Positions 1 through 14,700 are shown, counted from the stretch's first letter. The stretch: DNA of 64,000 nucleotides from Antedon mediterranea (GCF_964355755.1 NC_092672.1:2356001-2420000), one strand, 5' to 3'. The notes: generated by a model from the sequence alone, not told the origin. Translations and numbers: made by a program.

Positions 1-118
1 AAAGCGATAAAACGCATAGTGATACCGGACCGACAGACAGACCGACAGACAGACAGACAGACAGACCGACCAACCGACCGACATAGTGAACTATAGAGTC
101 GCTTCCACGCGACTAAAA
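1..118. mobile_element. 3' end of a Helentron-associated (HINE/DINE-1-like) element
   Basis: (GACA/GACC)n microsatellite followed by the hairpin AGTCGC-TTCCAC-GCGACT and an A-run, the usual HINE end layout. Confidence 0.55.
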
Positions 119-239
119 ATGGGTTAAATTTCTTATTAAAACTTGTATAAGTTAAATAAAATTAGATTGAAATATACAAAATGATATGCTTATGACAACA
201 ACATGGTGATTAACACAAAATGTTGACCATCAGGAGGTC

Positions 240-1500
240 TACAGTACTGACTGTACACTTCTTCATATTAAAACATCTCATAAACTTCTTCAGTTAAATG
301 ACAACTAACTCTGCCAAAGTCCTTCAATGAAATATTTCTAATCTTGAATGCGATACAGTAACCTTCCTTCGTTCTCTACTAGTGTCTCCATCGAACTTCC
401 ACAGACTGATCTGCGTTCCCAGCAACCTTGTTCAGAAACAAATTGGCAAAATAACTGAAATACCTCATTTCACCGGCAATAATCTCTATAGGATTCTTCT
501 TTTACTTTGATAAGTTTGTCACCTGTATTCACCGTCATATATATTTTTGGCCAATATTCGTCTTTTTCTTAGGATCCCATATAGACAGTTTTCCTTCTAT
601 AAGATTTTTACCAATGCCTCAAACATTTTCTGTCCAATTTCATCATGCCATGGCCAACAAACACCTTTGTGCGAATTGCAGCATTCTTCATTAATCGGAA
701 TATCATCTCTCTTTAAATGTTAACTAGGTTTGCCAGCTCTGATGAAATCATTAATTTGTGTTATTCCAATGATACCACGCTCAATGACCCTGATCAATTG
801 ATGTAAATCCAGCAAGTCCCACACATACATGTCCTCTCATATACATATATAGGGATATAGTTTAACCACATCATTTAGATTTCGTCGACTCTCTGTATTC
901 AAGTTAATATCTTTATGATCAGCCTCTTTCAAACAATATGATACTTAACTTAGAATCTCTTTCTCTGTCTGCATTTGTAGAAGAAAGTCGTAGAGAGAAA
1001 GCGGAATTAGTGTGCTTTTGTCCTTTAGAGATGTTTTCCATTTAAGATATTTGTGTCACTGGTTGTATAAGTAATACAAGTTCACAAAAGCACTTGCCTC
1101 AACACTATTTTCACAATGCTACATGTCCAAAAGCCATATAGTTCACCGGGTCGACATAATAATTGCTTTTTGATGTCATCTCTGTCCACCTCCACTCATC
1201 TCGGGCAAGAGTCATCACCAGGCATTCTCTTCTTTCCCTAGTACATGAGTTTTTATACCACAACCATGTGCACTCATCAATTGACCAGTGTATAATGCTG
1301 GTCTGTCTGTAGGGGGTACATATCTAATGAAATTGGTTGAGATTGTAGAAGATGAGAAATAGGAGTTCATTCATTTACAAGGTTATTTATAGGCAGAGCT
1401 GTATCTGTATTTCCTTCAAGCTTCTGCCAAAAGTTGACAGGTTGAAAACTTACCAACCATACTGGTGACTATAGCCCTGAAGGTTCAGACATTGAATTAC
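240..1500 (-). pseudogene. Decayed coding-like sequence of unknown family (possibly a transposase relic)
   Basis: Higher GC than the flanks; minus-strand frames give protein-like stretches (e.g. YLKWKTSLKDKSTLIPLSLYDFLLQ, VSYCLK...ESRRNLNDVVK) broken by many stops and frameshifts. Family not identified. Confidence 0.3.
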
Positions 1501-3268
1501 ATTTTATTATTTACCATTATACAGGATTTCACAATAAGGTATAAATGCATATTATATTGTGGTCCTGTCTCCTGTCAAGTTTCAGTTTCATGAAAAGAAA
1601 TTAGATCTGTAATTTAGAATCTATATATAAATTATGGTTAATTGTGACATAGGCGAGCACAATGGAAAAACTTTGGAACAAATTTCTGCCTTGGATACCT
1701 ACCTGAACTATCTCAGGTGTAGGCCTACCGCAAAATGTAAAACAGTTCTCACTATTACGATATTGTTCCATATTTCTACCTTAGGAATATATTATAAAGA
1801 GTTTTAAAACAAAATTTCTGATTCATCGGTAGATTTTCAACTCAATTTCAATTGTACGCGGTCAAAGTAATTTCCGGGTTCACGATGAGTTCACAGGTTC
1901 ACCTTGCAACTACCTTGTTTCAGTTAAGTTGGTCGTTATAGTGGCTATAGCTATTTTAGTTTTTTGTTTATTTTAGGATCGGACCGCGCGTGTGAAGGTA
2001 CAGTAGTTAAAAAATAAATCCCGATAGCCGAGTTTTATTGAGTAAGCTGGCAGGAATAACTGTTAGGGCCCATATTGCAAGCCGTCTAAAACACCTTCCT
2101 TCTTGGGCCGAAACGGCAAAAGATGTTTAAATTAAATAATGTATTATGATGGTATTTATTTGAATAAACGCCTCCGCAATAAAACATCACTTTGAATAAT
2201 AATCGCCTACACCCACCTACCCAACTATCTAATGAACGCCCATCCACATTAATTATACACACAATATTATATATACTATTTATAATAGAATTCATTACAC
2301 TGTTAACTATAATTTACCAAGCATTTGTTATAATTTTTTACCACTTTTCATATCTATTAGAGGATTTTATTTGATTATAAATGTTACGATATTATTAAAA
2401 CTAAAAAATCCCTCGAATAAGCATCTCCCTCAAATGAACTCTGCCTCCCCACCTCCGCCCTATAAAACAATAAACACTATACTTTAAAATGTTATTAATC
2501 ATCTAAGACACTGTGAAACAGAGTAGGTTTAGTTTTTCGAATGTCAAGCATTTTCAATAATGGTAACCGACAGAAAACGTACAAGGAGAACGTCCTTCTA
2601 AAACCTTTTTACCCGAGTCATTATCATTCCGAGAACCTTCGTTTACACTTCCTAGAGGGGAGCGAGCAAACTAGAGGTCTAACCCTCTAGTTAGACGTAA
2701 TTGTTGTTGAATATTTGATATAAATTGTTAAGTTGTTCCATATTTTTGCAACTCCAACTTTGAACGATTATTTAATTTAATAGTCATAGTGGGGTATTAT
2801 ATATCTGTTATATAGAGGACATTGACAACTTTAGCCTTATATTTACAATTTACAATCCTGTGAGAAGTGACAATTTTAGAACATTGTGTACAAACAACAA
2901 TTTATGCACACATATTAAAAAAAAATTAGTTAAAGAATTTAATTTTTAGTGGCGGCCATTTTGAAATCCAAGATGGCCGACAGATTATCGCTTTACATAG
3001 TTAGGATTGTATAATGGGTACAGTAATACCATCAAAACGGACTTGTTCCACATTCATAATTTGTATTATTGGTGATATTCTGATTTTTAATAGGGTTATT
3101 TGAATGTTGGCGGCCATCTTGAATTTGGTCCTTTAAATGTCTTTTGAAAAAATGGCAACATATTTTTTTTCATTCCTTATATTATCAAGATATGAAATAA
3201 AGTCAAAGTTTGCTTTTAACAAAAAATATACACGACATTCATATAAACGACTTACCAGCCTACACTAT

Positions 3269-5038
3269 TAAACAAATTGATTCAATCTATTCAAAGTCGC
3301 AACTCTTTATGGCTCTGGGTTTGTTGATGTACTACGCATGCGCATGTACGTGTGAACGGATTGTATAATTAGGGCGTTATAACGCCGTATTATTATAAAA
3401 TAATTTTTTCTTTGGTGGAAATCAGCCACGGTAGAATACCCACCTAATTCTAAAAATACAATGATTATTTTTGGCGATCTTTTTCCAGAGCCTCTGAGCA
3501 CTTTAAAGTTTGGATACAGATGATTTAAGCGTTGATGGACTGAATTGTATCTAATCCACACCTTAATTATATAAACAATGGATCTGATTGATCAAATTTT
3601 AGCACTTGATTATTTTTGTTAACTAGTATAATATTTCAATAGTAAAATTTGATTATATAAGATGACAACTACGTCATTCAATTTTTATGATTTTTTAAAA
3701 ACATTATTCTTTTAAAATACAACTCAATTACAGTGAATTTTACAGAGCAACGTAAACGTTAACCTTAAAACTGCCCTGATCTCGGTAAATGGCGACTAAC
3801 ATTTTTTACAAATGTTTTCCTCTTGGCTGGATAACTTAGCATAGGCTTAAAGTTTTATGTATTATATAGGCCTATAGGTTTCCTTCCACACATACTTTGT
3901 TATAATTAATTGTTATCTTACGTGTTTATATAATTATTATTTTATGTATTTTTAATATAATAATGTGTGGAGAATATTTACTGAATATTTATTGAATAAA
4001 CGAATTGAATTGAATTGAACGTGTATACACGTTCAATATTCAATTCGTTTATTCGTAAATTTAGATTTGAACCTATAGGTTCAAATCTAAATTAAATTGG
4101 GTTCGTGTTTTTAAATGCGTCGACCTAAAAAATACACACACATATTCACTATATACACTCAATGAGTATGATAGGATATTATAGCAAACAAATGCAGAAT
4201 GGAATAATTACAGATTTTACAGAAATTATCAAAGAATTTTAAGATTATCATCCTAAGCAGAAGCCCTTTCCACGCATCAATGAAGATTAGTTTTTCAATT
4301 CAATTCACATTTATTTAGTCATTATTATTATTATTATTATTAAATAAATATTATTATTTATAATTCCAATTTCAGTATATAATTGATGGCAAGGGTCCTG
4401 CATAAAGGTTACAATTCTGTTTTTGCAGGACCATTTTACATAAAGATACCAAATAAGGAAATCTTCACATAATAGTACATTTTATATAAACACGAGGCGG
4501 ACGATCAGATTAAAATAAATATCACCTTGAATTCGTGCGAAATAGAATACCAAGTTCGGTAATAACAACTTCCGACTAATACTTATCTGTAAGTCAATTG
4601 TCTTCCTGTTTATGAAATATGTTGTTTTGGAATTGTATTCTTTTCAATTAACTATATAGAAAATTATTATAGAAAAATTGTTATTAGAAAAAATTGTTAT
4701 TAAAAAAATTGTTATTAGAAAAATTGTTTATACCTGGTTTAGATAAGAATTTACACTTAGCCAAAAGTAAACAAGAGATCAAGGTTCAATAACATTTTCT
4801 GTTAAAATCTAATAGACCAGCTAGTTCTAACATGTATGACTACTGAAACGTAACGGTGCTTCCTCAACGTTTAGGTTCGAATCTCCAGTTGCTGTTTTGA
4901 TGGCCTTAACCATTACATTTTTCAATGAGTCAACCTAATGTGAAACGTTCTTTAAAACCAATAGACAATAGTACATTATTACCAAACGTTAGTCTAGGTT
5001 CTAGACCGAACTTATTAAAAAGATAAATATTTTGGTAT
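3269..5038 (+). repeat. Segmental duplication block, paralogous to ~58993-60780
   Basis: Colinear high-identity sequence, including the duplicated spurious ORFs 3307-3561 and 59032-59298. Confidence 0.9.
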
Positions 5039-6060
5039 AATAATAATTTATTTGGAGTTTACACTTTTACAACAGTGGCACTCAACCAAGTGAAAGGTGC
5101 ATCCATAAGAAATATACACAAAAAAATTATGATATAGTAAATAACAAAAGTCGACGTAGGTCAACATGTCAAAACAATTCAACTACAGTAACTACAATAC
5201 CATTGATATTAATCACTACAGCAGCAGGAAAGCCACTGACACCTAAGAATACAAAACTACAAGAACTAAACAATAATAGAATAGGTAAGGAACTGTACAA
5301 TATAAAATGAATTGGGCAACAACAATGTAGACCTAACACTATAATGAGATAGATATCAATCATTTAGTTTGATTGATATGAACATTACTCACCTAGAACA
5401 ATACATCTGTGTGCCCATGCTCTTTTAACATAGTGCTTAAAGTAACGATCAAAGACATTTGATATGGAATCGACGTCAAACATGTTATAATAGTAGTTAT
5501 CAGTTCCACCTAATACAAGATTTAACTTGCTTTTCAGGTCACCAAAGATCAAATCTTCCAAAACATCTAAATGACATCGATTAACATATATTCTAATTTG
5601 GTATTATTCGTCAATCCTTATGTCATTGAGTTGGTTACATGTGAATAGAAAATGTTGAATGTCTTCTAAACCATTCTTACACATTGTACAGATACCATCA
5701 TAATCAGGAAGCCACTTACAACTCCTGTGACCTAAAGGAAGGGTGTTAGAACGTAGCTTGAATTTGAGGCTAGATCCTAGAAAATCTGTACAATCCAATG
5801 GATAATTTTCAAGGCACGGATTAGACGTAATAAGAGAGTATGTCTGGAGTGACGACTTTCTTTGCATTTCACTTTTCCAAAATGCAATGTTTGTGTCATG
5901 CATCACCTCTTTAAATCTCTTAACCCAATGACTATCAGGGTCATTGTCAAGGTAGGAAGTTTCGAAAATCAAATCGATGTCCATATTAATAGACGTACAC
6001 GTCTTAGCAAAACTGGGGATCAGTTTATAGCGTTTGTAGTTGAACTTAGACACGTATTAA

Positions 6061-9000
6061 TAGTCCGGTGGCAGGAGGGGGGAATCACCACCCGAAAGGG
6101 GACAAATTGCCATCCAACTTTTCTAGACTAGTATTTTCCGTAGATTACGAATATGTAAGGTAATCGATCAGGATAGGAAGCGTTTTCGAGATATAAGGGG
6201 TAAAAGTTCAAAATTGACCAATTACAACAATGTATTATGTATATGTATTATAACAAATTTATTGAAGCACAATTTGGTCTTTTATTACATTTTTATGATT
6301 ATAAGTGTCTATTCAATCACCTTATGAAAAAAAATCCTTTGTGATTAAGGGTCAAATGTCAATATTGACCAATCATAGAACGTACCTATAAAACCAAATA
6401 AAAACTAATATTTAATAAAAATTGGATGTTTTCTCATCCTGTTAATCAATCATACGCAATGTAAAAGAGCGAATACATCATTTCATCAGTTGACATAAGG
6501 TCAATTTCATCAGTTGACATAAGGTCAAAGGTCAAAATTTTAATACGCGTATTAGTTAACAAATAAATGCAACGTTGTCCAAACTATGATATTGATGGTT
6601 TTACAAGTAATCAAATTATTTGATTAGTAAACTTATGTTATTTCATTATAATACTGTATTTAATCAAATCAGACTTCGATCAGGATAGGAAGCGAATAGG
6701 AAGAAATAAGGGGTCAAAGTTCAAAATTGACCAATTATAACAATGTATTATATACATATGTATTAAAACCAATTTATTAAAGTTCAATTTGGTCTTTTAA
6801 TACATTTGTATGGTTATAGGTATTGTATGGTGTTATTCAGTCACCTTATAAAACAAATACTTTGCAATTAAAGTTCAAATGTCAATATTGACCAATCACA
6901 CAATTTGCATTTAAAACCAAATAAAAACTAACATTTAAGACAAAATGTTATGTTTTATCATTCTGTTAAGACATCTATCAATCATACACAATCAAAAGAG
7001 CACATTTATCATTACACAAGTTGACATTGGTCAAAGGTCAACATGTGAATAAATGATATACAAAATAATGCAAAGTTATTCAAACTATGAGATCGATGTT
7101 CATAAATGTAATCACGTTATTTGATCAGTGAAGTTATGGTATTTTTATATTTTTTCTAGTGCGCATTATTTTAAATGTATTAATATAATACTGTAAAATA
7201 AATAATAAAATTAATATTATGACGATTAAAATGTTATGATGTTAAAATGTTGCGCTGACCTTCAATGATTTGCCACTATAAAGTTGCATTTATTAGGGCT
7301 ACAATATTCGTTTTTGGAAAATAAACTACTATTCATCAGAACCAGAGAATACCAATTCGTACAGGATAGGGCATAGGCAGATCCAGGTGGCCAAACTCAA
7401 TCCACAACTCACTACACAGACAGACCACAATTTTTATATAGTTTGGCCCATACAGGAAAGGATTCTAAAATAACCTATATGGATTTGCCCGAATGAACCC
7501 TCTAAGGACCATTTTGGGATCTCTATGTGGTGTGCTACATAAGGCCCTGTATTAGAAATTAGTATGGGGTAAATAGTTCATAGATGAACTATGGAATAAA
7601 ACTAAATGTGCACCCTCAATCTTTAAATAACATTTATGGATTTGCCCAAATGAACCCAAGGGCCGGTCATTCTCCATGGATGGACATTAAGCCCCATAAT
7701 GGAAATATAAGGGGTGACACTGTGAGTTCATACAGACAGGCGCGGCCCATGAATTAAGCTGCCTGTGCGCTCTCGATCCTTAAGAAAAATTTATGGATTT
7801 GCCCAAATTAACCCAAGGGCCGGTCCTCCGTGGACATTAAGCCCCATAATGGAAATATAATGGGTGAAACTGTGGGTTTATATAGACAGGCAGAACCATG
7901 GAATAAAGCTGCCTGTGCACTCTCGATCCTTAAGAACACTTTATGGATTTGCCTCTAATTAACCCAAGGGCTGGTCCTCCATGGACATTAAAGCCCCATA
8001 ATAGAAATATAATGGGTGACACTGTGGGTTTATATAGACAGGCACATGGAATAAAGCTGCCTGTGCACTCTCGATCCATCCTTAAGGAACACTTATGGAT
8101 TTACCCAAATTAACCCCCAAAGGCCGGTCCTCCTCCATGGATGGACATTAAGCCCCATAATGGACATATAAGGGGTGACACTGTGGGTTAATAATAGACA
8201 GGCGGGGCCCATGGAATAAAGCTGCCTTGCACTCTCGATCCTTAAGGAACACTTATGGATTTGCCCAAATTAACCCAAGGGCCGGTCATCCATGGACATT
8301 AAGCCTCATAATGGAAATATAAGGGGTGACAATGTGGGTTTATATAGACAGGCACATGGAATAAAGCTGCCTGTGCACTCTCGATCCTTAAGGAACCGAT
8401 TTGGATTTTGCCTAAAATGAAACAACAGCAGGTCATCTATTTAGACCCTTCTGTGGTTCTCTACTGTATGTTCAGTTCTACATTTGGCTCCTGTATCGGA
8501 TCAATGCATTTGGCTACATAAGTTACTGTGTTAGAAATATATCGGGTAACTAAAACTGTAGGTTCCAATATTAAGCCATGGGAAAAGCCTGTCTGTGCAC
8601 CTTCAATCCTTTTAAAAGGAACCCATATGGATTTGCCACAATGAACCAAGGGTAACTTCTGAATTCTCTATGAGCCGTACATTCCGTTTATTGGAGATAC
8701 ATGGATACCTGATTGAAATTGCTCAAAAGAAAGACATTGTACTGTATAGTAATAGTATTATTCGCCTTCCACACCTCTTTGAATTAAATCCGCCCTGATA
8801 GGCTCTTATGTACAGGATTTCAAGGCAATAATCACACTTGCATTTTTCAAACAGTATAATCTATTAGATTGAATAAAAATATCTATTATAAACAATTTGC
8901 CGTTAGAAATCTCTATGCAATGTCGTTATTTAGATGAGAAAAACAGGTCAAAGGTTAAAATTACAGAAAAATAGGTGTTTCAGTCTCTTTTTGAAAAAAA

Positions 9001-9558
9001 TGTTGCATTATGGCAAGTATAAACATATATATTGTGAACAATTTGACACCAAAATTGGCTCCTTACGACAAATATCTATTAATTTATGTTTTTATAACCT
9101 TATTCAATTATGTCAAAGGTTAATAACCACACTTCCGGTCATTTTCAAGCAATATCTTCTGTTATACTGAATATAAATGTATATCTTTGGAACAATTTGC
9201 TCCTATTTTTAATTCTCTCCGACCTACCGTTACTTAGATATAGCAAAAAGAGGTCAAAGGTCAAAATTGCTAACAGTGGGGTTTCCGGTCAATTTTTCAA
9301 AGAAAGTTCTGTTAGAGCTAATATAAACATATACAATTTTACACCCAAATTATCTCACTACGTCCAGAATTTCCAGAGATATAGCATGTTTTTATATTGG
9401 TCAATTTTGAACTTTGACCCCTTATATCTCGAAAACGCTTCCTATCCTGATCGATTACCTTCCATATTCGTAATCTACGGAAAATTCTGGTCTAGAAAAG
9501 TTGGATGGCAATTTGTCCCCTTTCGGGTGGTGATATCCCCCTTCCTGCCACCGGACTA
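6061..9558. mobile_element. Non-autonomous DNA transposon, Academ-like (TAGT...ACTA, long TIRs, TAA TSD)
   Basis: About 160-bp TIRs (6061-6225 vs ~9395-9558, TAGTCCGGTGGCAGGA...); TAA at 6058-6060 and 9559-9561; no transposase ORF. Confidence 0.75.
7470..8660 (+). repeat. Tandem array of ~150-160 bp units (about 6-7 copies) inside the Academ-like element
   Basis: Recurring ttatggatttgcccaaat...ggacattaagccccataat...gctgcctgtgcactctcgatcc at ~7633, 7790, 7940, 8093, 8253. Confidence 0.85.
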
Positions 9559-10349
9559 TAAGCATAAAATTAGGCGTTTACCATGTTCATTACATAATTA
9601 ATAAATTTGGCTCTAGATCTTGAATAACTTTAATTGAAACCCACCCTAAATCCTCATGTGACATATGGGGTACATATGGCGTTTCATACGTATTATACAG
9701 GCTTGTATTTTCAAACAAAAATATTGCAAGAGACAAACATAAAAAAGACAATAAATACAGACTTGGGGAGGCAAGTCTACCAAAACGTACTTATCTCATT
9801 ATACGATGGCCAAAAAGAAAGGCAGAATGGAATTAATTACAGAATTTCAATAAAGATTAGTTCGATTGATTCAAAGTAGCCTAAAGGTCGTTTGAAATAT
9901 AACGAGTCAGAAAAATCAAACAAGTATAGAATCCGACAACAGGAATATTATTAACTTGGAATCATGCCAAGCCGTACACCAAGTTTCATTTTATGAAAGG
10001 TTTTTAAATTGTTTTAGGATTGTATGTTTCTCTTTCTTTAATTAACTAATGTTGCCAGCAATAGCAAAAAATGTAATACAAGCATTGAAACATATTAATG
10101 ATTCAATAGAATTTGTTTAAATATTATTACATCTCTAAGTTGGATCACGACCACATTGACGTGCAGTTCCACGGACTTGTTTGAGAAATTCAACGTAGAA
10201 TAGTAGAATTAGTTATTTACTACTACATTATACTGATATATAAAAATGATAACAATTAGTTCAAAGGATTCTGTATATTAGTTCTAAGAATAATTTCTGT
10301 GAAATTTATATGGAATATGATAGACTTCCGTGATCGTGTAGACATTGTG

Positions 10350-10490
10350 CAATAAGGAAGTGCGAGACGGTCATGTTATAAGCACAGATGAATAATGTTG
10401 ATCTCAAACGGGAGTGGTGCAGTAGCTGCTGCGACATCATCAACAATTCCCGACATTAAATATACAATCCAGTTTTAAGCCAATAATTAT
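10350..10490 (+). promoter_or_regulatory. Putative promoter and non-coding first exon of NLR copy A
   Basis: ETS-type AGGAAGT (10355), TATAA (10377), strong donor AT|GTAAGT at 10491; same arrangement at 61470-61610 and, diverged, at ~58080-58220. Confidence 0.4.
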
Positions 10491-11704
10491 GTAAGTAGAC
10501 ATTTTTTTAATAATATAAACATCAATCCGGCGACAGCAATCCCAAAACTATTTTATTTTAGCGGGCCTCTGACTAGCTAATTTAATTTTAAGAAACTGAG
10601 TGTGATATGGCCTGTTCCTCAGTTCCCCGTACTTGTATGCAATGACATGTAATCATAAGAAAGAGCCAGAATTGTCACTCTAGGCCTACTAAAACAAGAC
10701 ACTAAATAATTAATGTTTCAAATTATATAGTAATGAATTTCATGATTAAAATTTAGCTAACAATGAATTTTCGGGTTTCTTTCTCTTTTGCTACTTAATT
10801 ACATTCTTGTTAACATAAGTTTATAATCTTATCAAAAATTAAATAAAATTCATCACGAGCTGAGATAAGTTTATAATCTTATCAAAAATTAAATAAAATT
10901 CATCACGAGCTAAGATAATACATTAGCTGGGTGTATACATGTAGAGGTCTAAATCAAATGAGAATTCCCATTTTTACAAACAACATATCGAAATAAAATT
11001 CTCATCGTGACAGTCTTAACACCGAGGTATAAAAATAGATGGTGTAAAGAAACAATATCTAACACTACAAAATGTTTATTAATACTCTAATATGAGTGGA
11101 TATATGGATGGCACTCGTGACACAGTCTTAGTTACTACCTAAAAGTCGGTAGGAATATTTTAAGTCAAAAGTCTCACCATAAGTGGCACGTTTCATAATC
11201 AATTCGTTTTCATCAGACATTCCACATAATGGTAGTTGCTTATGGTATCACTGTGTAGGCCTAAGATTCAACATTTAGTCCCGCGAAAGATAGTCAATGC
11301 ATAAAGTCATATGTTCACAAACAGCACCAAAACTTCAAATAAACATCATCGGATCAAACACACCTCCGTTAAGCGCGCAGACACTTTACATCGTATGCCC
11401 CTTTATCAATAATACCCAGAGAGGGTTATAGAGTTTGGTATCAGAATCATGTAATTTGATGTTCTGTAAAAGTTTTTCTCGATCCATAATCCCGATATCA
11501 TACGGTTACCATGATGATTGTGCATCAATGTCAAAAACATGAAATATTTTTATAAAAAAACTGTATTTATGTAGTGATAGACATCAGGCCATTCATCTTG
11601 AATGTTACATTATTCAGCATATCGTTGTTTTCTAAAGTACAGGAATTGTCCTAAATTCAAAAATTCTATTTTTCAGAAAGGAAGATAGAAACTGAATTGA
11701 CAAT

Positions 11705-14700
11705 ATGGCGACAGGTAATAAACATAAATGGTGTTTTTGTATTGCATTGAGAAGAACAATTTTAAAATGTTTTTTCTAATCTTCTCTTTTTCCCACTTTT
11801 TAATTTTTTTAGAAATAGATTTTAATGTGGACTTAGTGAACTTTTCAGAATGGTATGATAAAAACAACCTCGTAAGACAGCTAAAGGTTTTATACCACGA
11901 TTTAATTTCAGTAGCAGACATAGACAAAGCCAACACAACGATAGATCTACTGGATGCATTGAGGAAAACAGGACGTTTAAGCCGAGGCAATCTGGAGTTA
12001 CTTTATGAAACGATAAAAATAACACAAACGTTTGGAGCTATCAAAGTTTTTCAACAATCTTTCTTCGAAGTTCAAGAAATACAAATTATTAATTTCACCC
12101 CATATCGACACTGGATTGCAGATTTTGGAAACGAACTACGAAAGGCTGCTGTTAAGAAAATTGATGCACTCTTCAACAATCCTTTAAAGAATTATGAAGA
12201 CTCGTGGAGTATGATTATAGACTTGGAACAAAGACAAATACTTTGTGAAGAAAGAAAAGAAGGGTTTATTAACATTCTTAACAGAATTGGACTGGCATCA
12301 ACGATGAAATGCCTGGCACAAGGTATGTAACAGGAACGTGTTAGCAAACAAATAATTAATTGGAGAAGATTATAAAAATAGCCTATAATATGTGTAAAAC
12401 ATTCACTACGTAACAATTATTGTATATTTGTATTTTTTCTTGTTTGTTATTTAACAGAGGAAGTGCCGAGAAGTAGTAGTAGTGACACAAGAATGCAAAC
12501 AGAGGAAGGTAACTATAGTTATACTGTTATGTAGGACATTAGAGTCAAAATGATTTTATTGGTGAAATCAAACTAGAGAAATTAGTAATAGATTGATAAA
12601 TTAAATGAAATAAAATTAGTGATTTGAAATGTAATTATGGAAAGCGAAATAAACCCAAAATAATTCAATTTACCAATTCATTTTTTAAACTCAAACCATA
12701 ATGTTGTGCAGTTCAACAAAATCTCAATTCACTTTTAACATCCGGTGACGTCCTAGGCAACAAAAGGTAAATTAAATGTTAAGAAGGCAAACTACGCATA
12801 CAATAACCCTTCTTCTATTCCTTATGTTATAATAATGTTTTATCATCAGTATTCTTTAAAGTTAAAACAATATGCATACCTGTAAGGAAATACAGGTATC
12901 TCACTTATGTGATTGGTGAATACGGCCACTGGGGCTTATTTCATCCTATTTCGGATTTGTGATAAATTTATTTTTCGATTTGCTGCCCTCTGTTGGTCAT
13001 GTTTTTAAAAATTATGCTTCTCTTCTTATCTGATTTATCCGTGGATTTATCAAAATTTGTGTTTGTCAACCTAAATTTACAAATACGTTACGGTACAAGA
13101 TAAGGAGTGAGCCTCCGTATATCAGAAAATAGTCTGGTATAACTAATAATAATTACTTGACTTACTTTAACTGAGTACAGTAATAGCAAATTATTATTAC
13201 ATTCTAATTCCCATACAATTATCTAGGCCTGCAAAAAGAACAAACAACTAATTAATAACATTTTTAAAACTGCTTTATATAAAAGATAAATTAAGATCAA
13301 CAGTTTAATAATTTAAAAATACATGTATTATAAAATATTATTATGTATACATTTCTGAACCTCTTTTTTTACATTTAGAAAAGATTGAAGAATATCTGCT
13401 GCTAACACAAAAGGAAAACTGCAGGCAGGCCAGGATATTTACACCAGAAACAATGCGTGGTAGATACACAGTTGACATTTCACAGATGTTTACCGATATG
13501 GAACTACTGAAAGAACGTGAAAACAATAAAGGAAGCAAACCAACAACATTGGAAGAAGTGGTAGATGTTATACAATCCACACCTGGATGTAAAGCCCTCA
13601 TAGAAGGGGAGGGAGGTATTGGAAAAACTACCATATTAAGGCATTTATCGTACAACTGGTCTGATCAATCAATTGAATTATTTGAAGGTAAAATTGTGTT
13701 TCTTTTAAGTTTAAGAGATTTAAAAAAAGATGACGACATATCTGATCTGATTGTACAGCAACTGACAGATTTCAATTTAGACACAGATCTCCCAGAAGAT
13801 CCACAGTTAATTAAGGAATTTATAAATAAACATGACAATAACTTTGTGTTACTACTAGATGGATTAGATGAATTAAGAATTGATAATCAAAGCGTAATTA
13901 GTCTTTTCAGAAAAAAAAGGTTTAAACAAAGTACTGTAATACTTACTTCAAGACCGGAAAACATAGATGAATTTATAAAAGAGTGTAACGTACACATAAG
14001 AGTTAGTGGATTCAACAAAGAGAGCATTGGAAAGTATATTGAAAAATACTTTAAGCATTTTGAAAATCAACAATTGGGAGAATCCCTTAAAGAAGAGTTG
14101 GATATTGACACTCTTTTGCCTGGGGAAAAACATCCAGAAGCATATTCAATGTGCAAAAATCCAATGCTACTTCTTTCGATCTGTATGCTATGGGAAGATA
14201 ATCAAAGTCTTCCTAGTGATAATACTGATCTTTTCAAAGAATTATTTCGTAGTATTTTAAATCAATTTAACAAACAAAAACAATGTGACAAAATTTTAAA
14301 ATTTGAAGACACCCCATCAAAATATGTACACGCTATGATTTTGTTAGGCAAATGTATGTATATAAACTTAAAACGAAATCAACTTTCAATAAAAATAACA
14401 GATTTGAATGATACACATTCCACAAGAGATATGATTGACATGGCCCTAAAACTTGGATTTGTTTACGAAGAAGCACCACTTTCAAAATCTAATTGTGAAA
14501 GAATATTTATGCCTCCTCACAAATTGATTGTAGAATCATTGGTGGGATTTTACATGTCTAAATTATTTGAAAGTGAAAATATAAAGGATGACTCAGACGT
14601 GAGACAATTACTTATACCATTGGGTTATAATGAATTGGATGTAATAAAAAGCGAGTATTTCAAAGTTGCGAGAAAGTTTGCACTTGGTTTCCTTGATGCT

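Larger units (their letters stand above)
5039..9672 (-). mobile_element. 5'-truncated non-LTR retrotransposon (LINE) 3' fragment, interrupted by the 6061-9558 element
   Basis: ORF 5604-6053 has the C-terminal ORF2 signature FKLRSNTLPL...CTMC...EDIQHFLFTC (CCHC knuckle); (ATT)n-like tail near 5039; the paralogous site at ~60780 (attttggtat|atatggcg) is empty. Confidence 0.8.

Noticed and set aside
3307-3561. Duplicated 84-88 aa ORF (also 59032-59298) and other short ORFs
   Set aside because: Non-ATG starts and no motifs; conservation is explained by recent segmental duplication, and many others are antisense shadows of real CDSs.
11728-11818. Hydrophobic N-terminus of the 200-aa ORF as a signal peptide or TM helix (also 62848)
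   Set aside because: It is translated intron (polypyrimidine tract); the real start is the 10-bp coding exon at 11705.
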